Numbered from the stretch's first letter, positions 1 to 10,270 are shown. The stretch: 32,000 nt of DNA from Gemmata obscuriglobus (GCF_008065095.1 NZ_CP042911.1:1260001-1292000); one strand, 5' to 3'. The notes: generated by a model from the letters alone, not told the origin. Translations and numbers: made by a program.

Positions 1-1
1 C

Positions 2-496
2 GCCCGCATGCCGGGGGCGAACCCGTACAGCACCACCGGGATTCAGCAAACCGGCGGGGTCGCTCAGCAGCAGCGGGTCGGCACCACCGGTCAGAACACG
101 CTCAACACGCCCGGCGTGCCGCAGCCGAACTTCGGCGGGCCTTCGAGCTACGGGACCCCGAACACAACCATCGGCGCTCCGGGCCAGACGGGCGTCATGC
201 CGAGCGTGCAACCGCCTCCGAGCGGTCTCTCGCCCGCTTCGTCCGGCTCGCCTCTTGGGGCCGCCCCGCCGGGCAACTGGCCCGGGGCCGGCACCGGTAC
301 GGCTGCCGGCGCCGCGCCGTCCGCTGGTCGGGTCTCGCTGTCAACGCCGCCCGCGCCGCAACTCAACAGCCTCGAACCCCTCCCGCCGCCGCCGCCGGGC
401 AGCAGCACCGAGCGGGCGAGCGGCGGGGCGTACACGCCGCTGGCTGCGCCGGTCCCGCCCGCGCCGCCGGCCGTCACGCCCGGTCCGCTCGGCTGA
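2..496 (+). CDS. 3' part of a gene for a Pro/Gly/Thr/Ala-rich low-complexity protein; the start lies upstream of the window
   Basis: The frame is open from the window edge to TGA at 494-496. It has strong G/C third-position bias. No recognisable domain; the call rests on composition only. Confidence 0.4.
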   Translation, partial: ARMPGANPYSTTGIQQTGGVAQQQRVGTTGQNTLNTPGVPQPNFGGPSSYGTPNTTIGAPGQTGVMPSVQPPPSGLSPASSGSPLGAAPPGNWPGAGTGTAAGAAPSAGRVSLSTPPAPQLNSLEPLPPPPPGSSTERASGGAYTPLAAPVPPAPPAVTPGPLG

Positions 497-538
497 GCCG
501 ACGCGCGACGGTGAGCACACCGCGCGAGCGCCCGGGCG

Positions 539-1312
539 TCAGCCCCGGGCCGCTCGCGCTTGCAGCCGTCGCACGAACCGGGCCGCGACGTATCCCGCTT
601 TGAACCCGGCGTCGATGTTGACCGCGCAGACCCCCGCCGAACAACTGTTGAGCATGGTGAGGAGCGCCGCGACCCCGCCGAACGCGGCCCCGTAGCCCAC
701 GCTCGTCGGGCACGCGATCACCGGGCAGTCCACCAGCCCGCCAACAACGCTCGGCAGCGCCCCGTCCATCCCGGCCACCACGATGACCACGTCCGCCGCC
801 GCGAGCCGCTCGCGCTGCCGCAGAACGCGGTGCAGCCCGGCGACCCCCACATCGACAATCAGTTCCACCGCGGCGCCCATCACCCGGGCGGTCACCAGCG
901 CCTCCTGAGCGACGGGCAGGTCACTGGTGCCCGCGGTCACGACGCACACCTTCCCCGCGGGCTCGGGCCGCGCGCCCGCGACCGGGAGCCAGAAGGTCCG
1001 CGCGAGCCGGTCCTGTTCGGCCTGCGGGAAGTGGCCGGTCAGGTGCGCCGACTGGGCCTCGTTGACGCGGGTGGCGAAGCAGTCCTGCCCGGCCGCGGCG
1101 AGGCGCCGCACGGCCCCCTCCACCCACTCCGGCGTCTTGCCCTCGGCGAACACCACCTCCGGGAACCCGCACCGCCGCTGGCGGTCCAGGTCCAGCGTCG
1201 CGAAGCTCAGCTCGGCCACGGAAGCCTGCCCCAACCGTTCCGCCGCCTCGCCGACGCCCAGCGCGCCGGTCCGCACGCCCTCGAGCAGTTGGCGCAGTTC
1301 GTCTGAAGTCAT
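539..1312 (-). CDS. larB: LarB-type nickel-pincer cofactor biosynthesis protein (pyridinium-3,5-biscarboxylic acid mononucleotide synthase, PurE/AIR-carboxylase-like)
   Basis: The C-terminal half has PurE-like LarB signatures: VTAGTSDLPVAQEA, DVGVAGLHR, VVAGMDGALPSVVGGLV, PVIACPTSVGYGAAFGG and LNSCSAGVCAVNIDAGF. I chose the ATG at 1312 (MTSDELRQLL) preceded by GGAGTGAAG; the track's TTG at 1330 is an alternative start. Confidence 0.8.
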   Translation of the reverse strand: MTSDELRQLLEGVRTGALGVGEAAERLGQASVAELSFATLDLDRQRRCGFPEVVFAEGKTPEWVEGAVRRLAAAGQDCFATRVNEAQSAHLTGHFPQAEQDRLARTFWLPVAGARPEPAGKVCVVTAGTSDLPVAQEALVTARVMGAAVELIVDVGVAGLHRVLRQRERLAAADVVIVVAGMDGALPSVVGGLVDCPVIACPTSVGYGAAFGGVAALLTMLNSCSAGVCAVNIDAGFKAGYVAARFVRRLQARAARG

Positions 1313-1584
1313 CGTCACTTCACTCCACAAGCCGCCCCGTCCCCGGGCGGCGAAACAACCGCCCGGGGACGGGCGCGCTGCGCGTCCTCGCTCCCTTCCC
1401 TGTTCTAAGCAGCCGACCCCGCTTGAGCACCCCGGAGGATCGCGCCAGGGCGGCCGGTTCCGGAGACTTGAATAATTCCGGCCGCGTCGCGCGAAATACT
1501 AAATTCTTCGACCCGCACAGCCGATACACCCGATACGGCCCGCGTTCCGCGCGGGCGTTTTCCTCAGCGCCGGGGAATCGGGTC

Positions 1585-3426
1585 ATGACTTTCGCCGCCG
1601 CCGCCCTCCTCGGGCTCACGATGGGCCAGCCGATCGGGCAGGACTACCACGCGATGGCTTCGCGCAACATCAAGCTGCCCATCAAGTACGAAAAGGACCG
1701 CCGGTCGATCCGGCACGTGTTCCTGTACGTGGCCCGCAACGGCGAGAACACCTGGCACCAGGAGGGGTCCGTCACCCCCGACAAGGACGCGTTCGTCTAC
1801 GTCGCCAAGGAGGACGGGCTGTACTGGTTCAAGATGCAGATCGTGGACCTGAAGGGGAACGCGGACCCGGCCAACCTGACCGTGGACCCGCCCGACCTGA
1901 AGATGGTCGTGGACACCACGAGACCGGTGATCCGCGTGACGGACGCGAAACGCACCGGCGACGAGATCGTCGTCCAGTGGGCGGTGGACGACAAGTTCCC
2001 CAACGACGAAAGCACCCGCGTTCAGTTCCGCGCCACCAACGGCCCTGAAAACGCCTGGCAGGACGTCACCCTGCCGGCGGGCGCGCGGACCGGGGTGCGG
2101 TTCCCGAGCGGCATCAGCGAGGGCGTCACGGTGAAGATCAGCACCGCGGACGTGGCCGGGAACCGCGCCGAGGTCACCCGCGACTTCCCGGCCGGCAACG
2201 CGAACGCGAGCACGACGACGGCCCTGTCGCCGCCGGCCCCGACCCCGCCCGCCGCCGCGCTGGCCGGCGCGGGCGGGACCGCACTCGCGCCGCCGGCGAT
2301 GGAGGCGCTCCCGACCAACCCCAGCCCGCTCCCGCTCAACCCCACGCCGCCCGGGCCGGGGCCGGTCGCGCCGACGAACCCGGCGCCCCTTCAGCCGCAA
2401 CCGCACACGCCGCTCGTGCCGCTCGCCACGGCCCCGCCGGCCGGCGTGCTGCCGACCAACCCGCCCCCGGTGAACCCGGTCCCGGCGGGCGTCGGGGCGC
2501 TCCCGACCCAGCCGCAGCCGGGTGCGGCGACGTTCCCGGTTCAAACCCCGCCGAGCGCGCCGCTCGTGAGCACCCCGCCGGCGCCAGAAGGGCCGAAGCC
2601 GCTCGCCGTGGTCGATCCGCGGGCCGTGCCCCCGGCCCCGGCCCCGGGCGCGACGACCCAGCAGGCCGCGGCATGGTCCGGCGCGAGCCCGACCGTCGAG
2701 GTGACCCGCGCCCAGGTGATCAGCTACCCGCGGTTCGACCTCGGGTTCGACCTCGAGTCCCGCGGGCCGTCGGGCCTCAGCCGGGTGGACCTGTGGGTCA
2801 CCCGCGACGACGGGCGCAACTGGCGGAAGTGGAGCCAGCACAACAACAAGGAAGCCAAGGGCGGGTCCGTCCGGGTGTCGCTCGACGCCGCAGAGAACCC
2901 GCAACTGGAGGGCCACTACGGGTTCCGGCTGGTGCCCGTCAGCGGCGCGGGGCTGAGCGAGCGCGAGCCCGTGGCCGGCGACGCGCCCGACATGCGGGTG
3001 GTGCTGGACGTGACCCCGCCGCAGCTCGACCTGTTCCCGCCGCAGTCGGACCCGAACGCCCCCGACACGCTCGTCATCCAGTGGCGGGCCAGCGACAAGA
3101 ACTTCGGTGACGACCCGATCACGCTGGAGTGGAGCGACGCGGCCGCCGGCCCGTGGAAGCCGGTGGCGGGCGCCGCCGCCGCCGACCAGCCGGTCCTCCG
3201 CGACACCACGCTGGACGCGCCGGTCCCCAAGCGGCTCGCGAACACCGGGCAGTACAGTTGGCGGGTGCCCGCGGGCGTGCCGGCCCGCGTGTACCTGAAG
3301 GCGACCGCCCGCGACGCCGCCGGGAACGTCAAGGAGGTCGTCACCCGCGAGCCGATCCTGGTCGACCTGACCAAACCCCGTGCGAAAATTAACGGGATCG
3401 TGCCGCCGGTTTCGCCCCGGCCGTAA
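1585..3426 (+). CDS. Secreted hypothetical protein with two homologous about 170-aa modules separated by a long Pro-rich linker
   Basis: The ATG at 1585 gives a signal-like N-terminus (MTFAAAALLGLTM). Paired segments are clearly paralogous by eye: VFLYVARNGENTW / VDLWVTRDDGRNW, PDLKMVVDTTRPV / PDMRVVLDVTPPQ, IVVQWAVDDKF / LVIQWRASDKNF and STADVAGNRAEV / ATARDAAGNVKEV. The track ORF starts earlier at 1423 with a non-ATG codon. Confidence 0.7.
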   Translation: MTFAAAALLGLTMGQPIGQDYHAMASRNIKLPIKYEKDRRSIRHVFLYVARNGENTWHQEGSVTPDKDAFVYVAKEDGLYWFKMQIVDLKGNADPANLTVDPPDLKMVVDTTRPVIRVTDAKRTGDEIVVQWAVDDKFPNDESTRVQFRATNGPENAWQDVTLPAGARTGVRFPSGISEGVTVKISTADVAGNRAEVTRDFPAGNANASTTTALSPPAPTPPAAALAGAGGTALAPPAMEALPTNPSPLPLNPTPPGPGPVAPTNPAPLQPQPHTPLVPLATAPPAGVLPTNPPPVNPVPAGVGALPTQPQPGAATFPVQTPPSAPLVSTPPAPEGPKPLAVVDPRAVPPAPAPGATTQQAAAWSGASPTVEVTRAQVISYPRFDLGFDLESRGPSGLSRVDLWVTRDDGRNWRKWSQHNNKEAKGGSVRVSLDAAENPQLEGHYGFRLVPVSGAGLSEREPVAGDAPDMRVVLDVTPPQLDLFPPQSDPNAPDTLVIQWRASDKNFGDDPITLEWSDAAAGPWKPVAGAAAADQPVLRDTTLDAPVPKRLANTGQYSWRVPAGVPARVYLKATARDAAGNVKEVVTREPILVDLTKPRAKINGIVPPVSPRP

Positions 3427-3577
3427 TAGTTCGTGCCGAAGCGTGAAGGCGGTTATTGCGTGGCGTGATTATTCGCGCGATTTCAGGCGACCGCTTGCTT
3501 CGGGTGGCCCCTGTAATTTCCGTGAACTACGGTTTCGTAGCGGTCGAACGTCCCGCACTCTCTCAACGCCGAACGCA

Positions 3578-4480
3578 ATGTTGCCAGGTCGCGCGATGGC
3601 CGAAAAAGCTTCCGAGACGTGGATCAGCGCGCCGAAGAAGCTGTCCACGGCGAAGCAGGCATGCCTCGTTCACATTTACCCCACCGGCCCGACGATGGGG
3701 TGCCGCTACCCGCTCACCGACCGCCCGCTGGTGCTCGGCCGGGCGGAGGACGCGGACATCCGCCTGACGGACCACTCGGTGTCCCGCCGGCACGCGGTCA
3801 TCGAGCCGGCCGGGGAGGGGTACTGCGTCTCCGACCAGCGCAGCACCAACGGCACGTTCGTCAACGACCGGGTGATCGAGCCGTCGCGGCTCCTGCGGGA
3901 CGGCGACTACCTGCGGGTCGGGAACTGCCTGTACCGGTACCTCGCGGGCGGCAACATCGAGGCGGAGTACCACGAAGAGATCTACCGGCTGACGATCCTC
4001 GACGGGCTCACCCAGATCCACAACAAGCGGTACCTGGACGAGTTCCTGGAGCGCGAGGTGGTGCGGTCGCAGCGGCACCGGCGGCCGCTGTCGGTGCTGG
4101 CGCTGGACATCGACAAGTTCAAGACGATCAACGACAGCATGGGGCACCTGTGCGGCGACTTCCTGCTGCGCGAGCTGGCCGGGGTGGTGCGCGAGTCGGT
4201 GCGCCAGGAGGACCTGTTCGCCCGGGCCGGCGGCGAGGAGTTCGTGGTGGTGCTCGTCGAGACCACCAAGGACGACGCGCTGCACGTGGCCGAGCGGCTG
4301 CGGGAGGCGGTGGCCGCGCACGAGTTCCGGTTCGAGGCGACGCCGATCAAGATGACGATCAGCATCGGGCTGGCCAGCACGGTGGGCGACGAGGTCACCA
4401 CCCCGCACCACCTGCGCCAGGACGCGGACCAGAAGCTGTACGAGGCCAAGCGCACCGGCCGCAACCGCGTCTGTAGCTGA
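3578..4480 (+). CDS. FHA-domain diguanylate cyclase (FHA + GGDEF with GGEEF active site and RxxD I-site)
   Basis: FHA core: LVLGRAEDADIRLTDHSVSRRHAVIEP...STNGTFVND. GGDEF domain: DIDKFKTINDSMGHLCGD, RQEDLFARAGGEEF and LYEAKRTGRNR. ATG at 3578; the ATG at 3596 is equally possible. Confidence 0.85.
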   Translation: MLPGRAMAEKASETWISAPKKLSTAKQACLVHIYPTGPTMGCRYPLTDRPLVLGRAEDADIRLTDHSVSRRHAVIEPAGEGYCVSDQRSTNGTFVNDRVIEPSRLLRDGDYLRVGNCLYRYLAGGNIEAEYHEEIYRLTILDGLTQIHNKRYLDEFLEREVVRSQRHRRPLSVLALDIDKFKTINDSMGHLCGDFLLRELAGVVRESVRQEDLFARAGGEEFVVVLVETTKDDALHVAERLREAVAAHEFRFEATPIKMTISIGLASTVGDEVTTPHHLRQDADQKLYEAKRTGRNRVCS

Positions 4481-4498
4481 GGGCGAAGGGCAGAAGAT

Positions 4499-4752
4499 TT
4501 AGCCACAAAAAAGCACAAAGGGCACAAAAGCAAACCGAAGACGAAGACAGAAGAGGATTAGCCACAAAAAAGCACAAAGGGCACAAAAGCAAACCGAAGA
4601 CGAAGACAGAAGCAGTGTTTTAAACTCACTCTTCTACTTCGGTCCCTGGTTTCCTTTTGTGCCCTGTGTGCTTTTTTGTGGCTAACTCTCTTCTGCTTCC
4701 TGTGCTTTTTGTGGCTAACTCTCTTTTGCCTTCCTGTGCCCTTTCGTGGCCA
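4499..4752. repeat. Cluster of five copies (2 direct, 3 inverted) of a relatively A/T-rich TTAGCCACAAAAAGCACA..GGCACAAAAG element forming a large imperfect palindrome
   Basis: Perfect 55-nt direct repeats lie at 4499-4553 and 4558-4612. Reverse-complement copies lie at 4631-4685, 4686-4717 and 4718-4752. The cluster fills the whole gap between the convergent stop codons at 4480 and 4761. Confidence 0.85.
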
Positions 4753-4760
4753 ATCCGCCT

Positions 4761-6197
4761 TCACAAGACCGGGCTGAACAGCCGGGCGGCGTTCTCCGCC
4801 AGCCGCATGACCCGCGGCCGCCGGGCGTACTTCTCGGCGCCGAGCTGCGACGACCCGTCCAGGTCGGCCAGGAACGCCGCTTCAAGCTCCCGCACCACGC
4901 CGGCGTCGAAGAACTGACAGTTGCACTCGAAGTTCAGCAGCAGGCTGCGGTTGTCGGTGTTCGCGGAGCCGACGGACGCCCACTCGCGGTCCATGAGCAC
5001 GAACTTGCTGTGCATCATCCCGCGCCGGTACTGGTACACCTTCACCCCCGCCGCCAGCATGTCCTCCCAGTAGAACCGGGCGGCCAGGAACGGGAGCCAC
5101 TTGTCCGGCTTCGACAGGCCCAGGTACCGCACGTCCACCCCGGACCGCGCGGCCAGCACGAGCGCGTCGCGGAGCCCCGCGTCCGGCACGAAGTACGGGC
5201 TGGCGATCCACACCCGCTCGCGCGCCCGCAGCACCGCCGCCACGTAGGTGTCGCGGATCGCCTTGTAGTCGTTGTCCGGGCCGGACGCGACCACCTGGGC
5301 CAGCACGCCCCCGGGCGTCGCGGGGTGCGCCGGCGTGTACGCGCCGCCCTTCACCGCCTCGTGGGTGGCGAAGTACCAGTCGTCGAGGAACGTGTGCTGG
5401 AGCCCCTCGACCGCCGGCCCTTCGAGCCGGAAGTGGGTGTCGCGCCAGTGCCCGAACTTCGGGCTCTTGCTCAGGTACTCGTCGGCGATGTTGAGCCCGC
5501 CGCAGAACCCCACCCGCCCGTCCACCACCAGGACCTTGCGGTGGTTGCGCAGGTTCCACCGCAGCGGGTTCGAGAGCGGGAGGAACGTCGCAGCCTTCCC
5601 GCCGGCGGCGCGGACCCGGCGCAGCACCCGGTACGGCAGCGCGTACGAGCCGACCGAGTCGACCAGGAACCGCACCTCCACGCCGCGCCGCGCGCACGCG
5701 CACAGCGCCTCGACGAACCGCCGGCCGGTCTCGTCGGAGCGGACGATAAAGGACTGCACGTGGACGTGGTGCTGGGCGCGGCCGATCGCGTCGAGCATGG
5801 CGTCGAACGCCGGGTTGCCGTCGCGGTACAGCGTCACCGCGTTCCCGCCGCTGACCGGGAACCCGTCACCTTGGTTCCCGAGCTTCGCGAGCACCTCCAC
5901 CGCCGCCGGCACGCCCGCGGAGTCGCCCTTCGTGCGGGCGAACGCCCGGTACGCCTTGCTGCGGGCCTGGCGCCGGCGGAGCCGCCGGCGGACCGTCTGG
6001 TAGCCGAACACGAGGAACAGGAACGCGCCCAGGAACGGCACGAGCAGCACGAGCAGCGACCACGCGATGGCGGACATCGGCTCGCGCTTGTAGTGCAGCA
6101 CCGCGAGCAGCGTGCCGGCGGTGAGCGCCGCCTCCGCGAGCAGGAACCAGCCCGCGTGGTCCGGCCACACCACGACGACGAACTCGGAGAACAGCAT
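4761..6197 (-). CDS. cls: Cardiolipin synthase (phospholipase D superfamily with two HKD motifs)
   Basis: Two N-terminal TM helices are followed by two HxKxxxxD motifs (NHRKVLVVDG and MHSKFVLMD). ATG at 6197 (MLFSEFVVVVW). The 881-aa track ORF is an upstream read-through. Confidence 0.9.
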   Translation of the reverse strand: MLFSEFVVVVWPDHAGWFLLAEAALTAGTLLAVLHYKREPMSAIAWSLLVLLVPFLGAFLFLVFGYQTVRRRLRRRQARSKAYRAFARTKGDSAGVPAAVEVLAKLGNQGDGFPVSGGNAVTLYRDGNPAFDAMLDAIGRAQHHVHVQSFIVRSDETGRRFVEALCACARRGVEVRFLVDSVGSYALPYRVLRRVRAAGGKAATFLPLSNPLRWNLRNHRKVLVVDGRVGFCGGLNIADEYLSKSPKFGHWRDTHFRLEGPAVEGLQHTFLDDWYFATHEAVKGGAYTPAHPATPGGVLAQVVASGPDNDYKAIRDTYVAAVLRARERVWIASPYFVPDAGLRDALVLAARSGVDVRYLGLSKPDKWLPFLAARFYWEDMLAAGVKVYQYRRGMMHSKFVLMDREWASVGSANTDNRSLLLNFECNCQFFDAGVVRELEAAFLADLDGSSQLGAEKYARRPRVMRLAENAARLFSPVL

Positions 6198-6278
6198 GCC
6201 CCCAGTATAGTGGCGGTTGGACTTCGCGCCGCGCGCCAATAGAGAGTCTGGTGACCACCGCGAGCAGGGGGAGCACCA

Positions 6279-7274
6279 GTGAAGCGCGTCGTGTTCGATC
6301 GGGTCGGCCCGCCGGCCGAAGTGTTGCGCCTCGAGGACGACGTACCGGCCCCGCAGCCGAAGTGGGGCGAGGTGCTGGTGCGGATGCTCGCCAGCCCCGT
6401 CAACCCGTCGGACCTGATGTACATCGGGGGCAAGTACGGGCTGAAGCCGAACCTGCCCGCCACGCCCGGCTTCGAGGGCGTCGGCGTGGTCGAGGCGACC
6501 GGCGGCGGGGTGCTCGGGTGGCTCCGCAAGGGGAAGCGGGTCGCGGTCATCAACGACGGCCGCGGCACCTGGGCCGAGTACACCGTCACGAAGGCGCGGC
6601 AGGTGATCCCGGTCCCGGACGGGATGAGCGACGAGCAGGCGGCGTCGTTCTTCGTGAACCCCGCGACCGCGCTCGCGATGACGCAGGACGTGCTGAAGGT
6701 CCCGAAGGGCGCGTGGCTGCTCCAGTCCGCGGCCGGCGGCGAACTCGGGAAGATGGTGGTCCGGCTCGGGCACAAGTTCGCGTTCCGCACGATCAACGTG
6801 GTGCGCCGCCGCGAGCAGGTGGACGAGTTGAAGAAGCTCGGGGCGGACCACGTCGTCGTGGAGTCCGACGGCCCGGTTCCGGAGCAGGTGCGGAAGCTGG
6901 TGCCGGACGGCGTGCGGTACGCGCTCGACCCCGTCGGCGGCGAAACCGGTTCGCAAATCATCGCGGCGCTGTCGCACGGCGGGCGGTGCCTGCTGTACGG
7001 CTCGCTCACCGACCAACCCGTCTCGGCGCACCCCCGGCACCTGATCGGGAACGACGTTCACATCGAGGGCTTCTGGCTGGGGACGTGGGCGAAACAGCAG
7101 CGCATCCTCACGATGCTGGGGCTGTTCCGCCGGGTGCGCGCGCTGATGGCCGAAGGGGTGCTGCAAACGCATTTTTCCGGGACGTACCCGCTGGAAGAGG
7201 TGAACAAGGCGGTCGACCACGCCGCGCAGCCCGGGAAGGGCGGGAAGGTGCTGATCCGCATCGGGGTGCGGTGA
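6279..7274 (+). CDS. Medium-chain dehydrogenase/reductase family oxidoreductase (quinone oxidoreductase / enoyl reductase-like)
   Basis: MDR pattern: EVLVRMLASPVNPSD, PGFEGVGVV, the nucleotide-binding stretch LLQSAAGGELGKMVV, and a C-terminal GKVLI. GTG start at 6279. Confidence 0.85.
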   Translation: MKRVVFDRVGPPAEVLRLEDDVPAPQPKWGEVLVRMLASPVNPSDLMYIGGKYGLKPNLPATPGFEGVGVVEATGGGVLGWLRKGKRVAVINDGRGTWAEYTVTKARQVIPVPDGMSDEQAASFFVNPATALAMTQDVLKVPKGAWLLQSAAGGELGKMVVRLGHKFAFRTINVVRRREQVDELKKLGADHVVVESDGPVPEQVRKLVPDGVRYALDPVGGETGSQIIAALSHGGRCLLYGSLTDQPVSAHPRHLIGNDVHIEGFWLGTWAKQQRILTMLGLFRRVRALMAEGVLQTHFSGTYPLEEVNKAVDHAAQPGKGGKVLIRIGVR

Positions 7275-7409
7275 CCGCCGCGTGCCGGTGCCGTACCGAA
7301 TCCGGTCGTTCCCAGTCGAGGTGGTGGCGGAACGAACCTCGCTCGGAGGACCATTGCGGCCGCCGGGGCGAGAGCAGGTCGCACCAATACGCGGTGGCTG
7401 AGCCAAGAC

Positions 7410-7491
7410 AATTTTGACAGGATCGACAGGATAAACAGGATGAAAGCCAATCGGTCTTCATCCTGTTTATCCTGTCGATCCTGTCAAAATT
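7410..7491. repeat. Long perfect hairpin/palindromic repeat (ATTTTGACAGGATCGACAGGATAAACAGGATGAA arms)
   Basis: The 34-35 nt arms at 7410/7411-7444 and 7457-7490/7491 are exact reverse complements. The apex is GCC-AATC-GGT. It is markedly A/T-richer than its surroundings. Confidence 0.85.
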
Positions 7492-7724
7492 TGTGTTCGT
7501 AAACACGAAGCCGCGACCGCCCGTCCATTCCGCCACCGTTTCTTAGCCGGCTGCGCGTTCCACACGGCTGCTGACGCGGGCGGGTGTAACGCCGTGCATG
7601 CAGACCAACCGCGCGCCCGGTGGCACATCACAAATTTCCCGCGAACCTCTCCCGCCCCCCACTCTCCTTATCAACGAACGCCGAGCGAGCGGGCCGCACC
7701 CAACGCGGCCGGCTTACAAACACC

Positions 7725-7805
7725 TTCCCCTCATAAGGGAGTGGCCGCTGGTTCGAATCCAGCCCCCTCGACTACCGGGGGGTAGCTCAGTGGTAGAGCA
7801 CTCAA
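7725..7805 (+). ncRNA. Circularly permuted tRNA-like module 1 (Met/Ile2-like, anticodon-loop sequence CUCAUAA)
   Basis: Elements in order:
- anticodon arm TTCCC-CTCATAA-GGGAG (7725-7741)
- T-arm GCTGG-TTCGAAT-CCAGC (7747-7763)
- 3' acceptor strand CCCCTCG (7764-7770)
- 5-nt loop ACTAC
- 5' acceptor strand CGGGGGG (7776-7782), giving 7 bp including one G-U
- D-arm TAGCTCAGTGGTAGAGCA (7783-7800)
No CCA is encoded. Confidence 0.65.
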
Positions 7806-7903
7806 AGTGTCAATCGCCTGCACGACTCGTGCGGCCCGCTCGCCCGGCGTTCATCGCACTGATTCGGAGACAGCCCGTACCCTACGGCGGAAGCGTACAA
7901 ACC

Positions 7904-7978
7904 CTTTTAATCTGTTGGTCACAGGTTCGAATCCTGTCCCGCCCTCTGGGCGGGTAGCTCAATCGGTAGAGCAACGGA
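7904..7978 (+). ncRNA. Circularly permuted tRNA-like module 2 (Lys-like, anticodon-loop sequence CUUUUAA)
   Basis: Elements in order:
- loop CTTTTAA (7904-7910)
- anticodon-stem 3' strand TCTGT (7911-7915)
- variable region TGGTC
- T-arm ACAGG-TTCGAAT-CCTGT
- 3' acceptor strand CCCGCCC (7938-7944)
- 3-nt loop TCT
- 5' acceptor strand GGGCGGG (7948-7954), a perfect 7 bp
- D-arm TAGCTCAATCGGTAGAGCA
- anticodon-stem 5' strand ACGGA (7974-7978), which pairs with TCTGT
The rejoined sequence closely resembles bacterial tRNA-Lys(UUU). Confidence 0.7.
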
Positions 7979-8063
7979 CAGTTTCACCGCTTCACGAACT
8001 TGTACGGGCCTATTTTCAGACAACCGGGGCCAGTCCGTACCCCACAGGGGAAGCGTACAAACC

Positions 8064-8151
8064 AATAAGTTTCAGCACGCGAAAGCGTATGCGGGTTCGA
8101 CTCCCGCCGGCGCCCGCACGGGCGCCGTGGCGAAACGGTATACGCACTGAA
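8064..8151 (+). ncRNA. Circularly permuted tRNA-like module 3 (type II, Leu-like; loop AAUAAGU reading UAA at positions 34-36)
   Basis: Elements in order:
- loop AATAAGT (8064-8070)
- TTCAG (8071-8075)
- long variable arm ACGC-GAAA-GCGT
- T-arm GCGGG-TTCGACT-CCCGC
- 3' acceptor strand CGGCGCC (8108-8114)
- short loop
- 5' acceptor strand GGCGCCG (8121-8127), extendable to 8-9 bp
- Leu-type D-arm TGGCGAAACGGTATACGCA
- CTGAA (8147-8151), which pairs perfectly with TTCAG. Confidence 0.65.
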
Positions 8152-8239
8152 GAGTTTCAACCGCTTCCCGGACTTGTACGGACCGCTTTCTCGAACACCG
8201 AACCAACCCGTACCCGACGTCCGCCGGCGTACACACTTT

Positions 8240-10197
<1,958 letters not shown>

Positions 10198-10215
10198 CGG
10201 ACCGAACGGAACGAT

Positions 10216-10235
10216 CCGGCGGGCACGCCCGCCGG
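10216..10235 (+). terminator. GC hairpin just downstream of the Ro60-like stop codon (possible terminator; no T-tract)
   Basis: CCGGCGGG-CACG-CCCGCCGG is an 8-bp stem located 19 nt after the TAA at 10195-10197. Confidence 0.3.
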
Positions 10236-10270
10236 TGCAACGGCACGGCTAACCGGTTCGGTTGGCCGTG

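Noticed and set aside
1564-2916. Long antisense ORFs opposite supported genes. The coordinates give 1564..2916 minus; the others are 3563..4411 minus, 4746..6242 plus, 15037..16818 plus, 15461..16855 minus, 16975..17958 minus, 20248..21267 plus, 21344..23257 plus, 23005..24348 plus, 29219..30595 plus and 29349..30404 minus.
   Set aside because: All are Arg/Gly/Pro/Ala-rich with no recognisable motifs. Each overlaps a gene on the other strand or in another frame that has clear domain signatures or signal peptides. This is expected shadow-ORF behaviour at this GC content.
4499-4752. CRISPR array
   Set aside because: The direct copies are separated by only 4 nt rather than by unique spacers. 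The remaining copies are inverted and degenerate, and no cas genes are nearby. The cluster behaves as a nested palindromic repeat.
4761-7406. 881-aa ORF on the minus strand
   Set aside because: Only the C-terminal 478 codons (from the ATG at 6197) carry cardiolipin-synthase features. The upstream part is Arg/Pro/Gly-rich and is antisense to the well-supported MDR oxidoreductase gene (6279-7274).
7801-8239. The spacers as group I introns or archaeal-type bulge-helix-bulge (BHB) introns
   Set aside because: Spacers of about 85-100 nt are far too short for a group I core, and the upstream junction nucleotides are not U. Both junctions of a module lie on the same side of the 4-bp inner flank helix, which does not match the BHB geometry of two 3-nt bulges on opposite strands flanking a 4-bp helix. 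No splicing endonuclease is evident.
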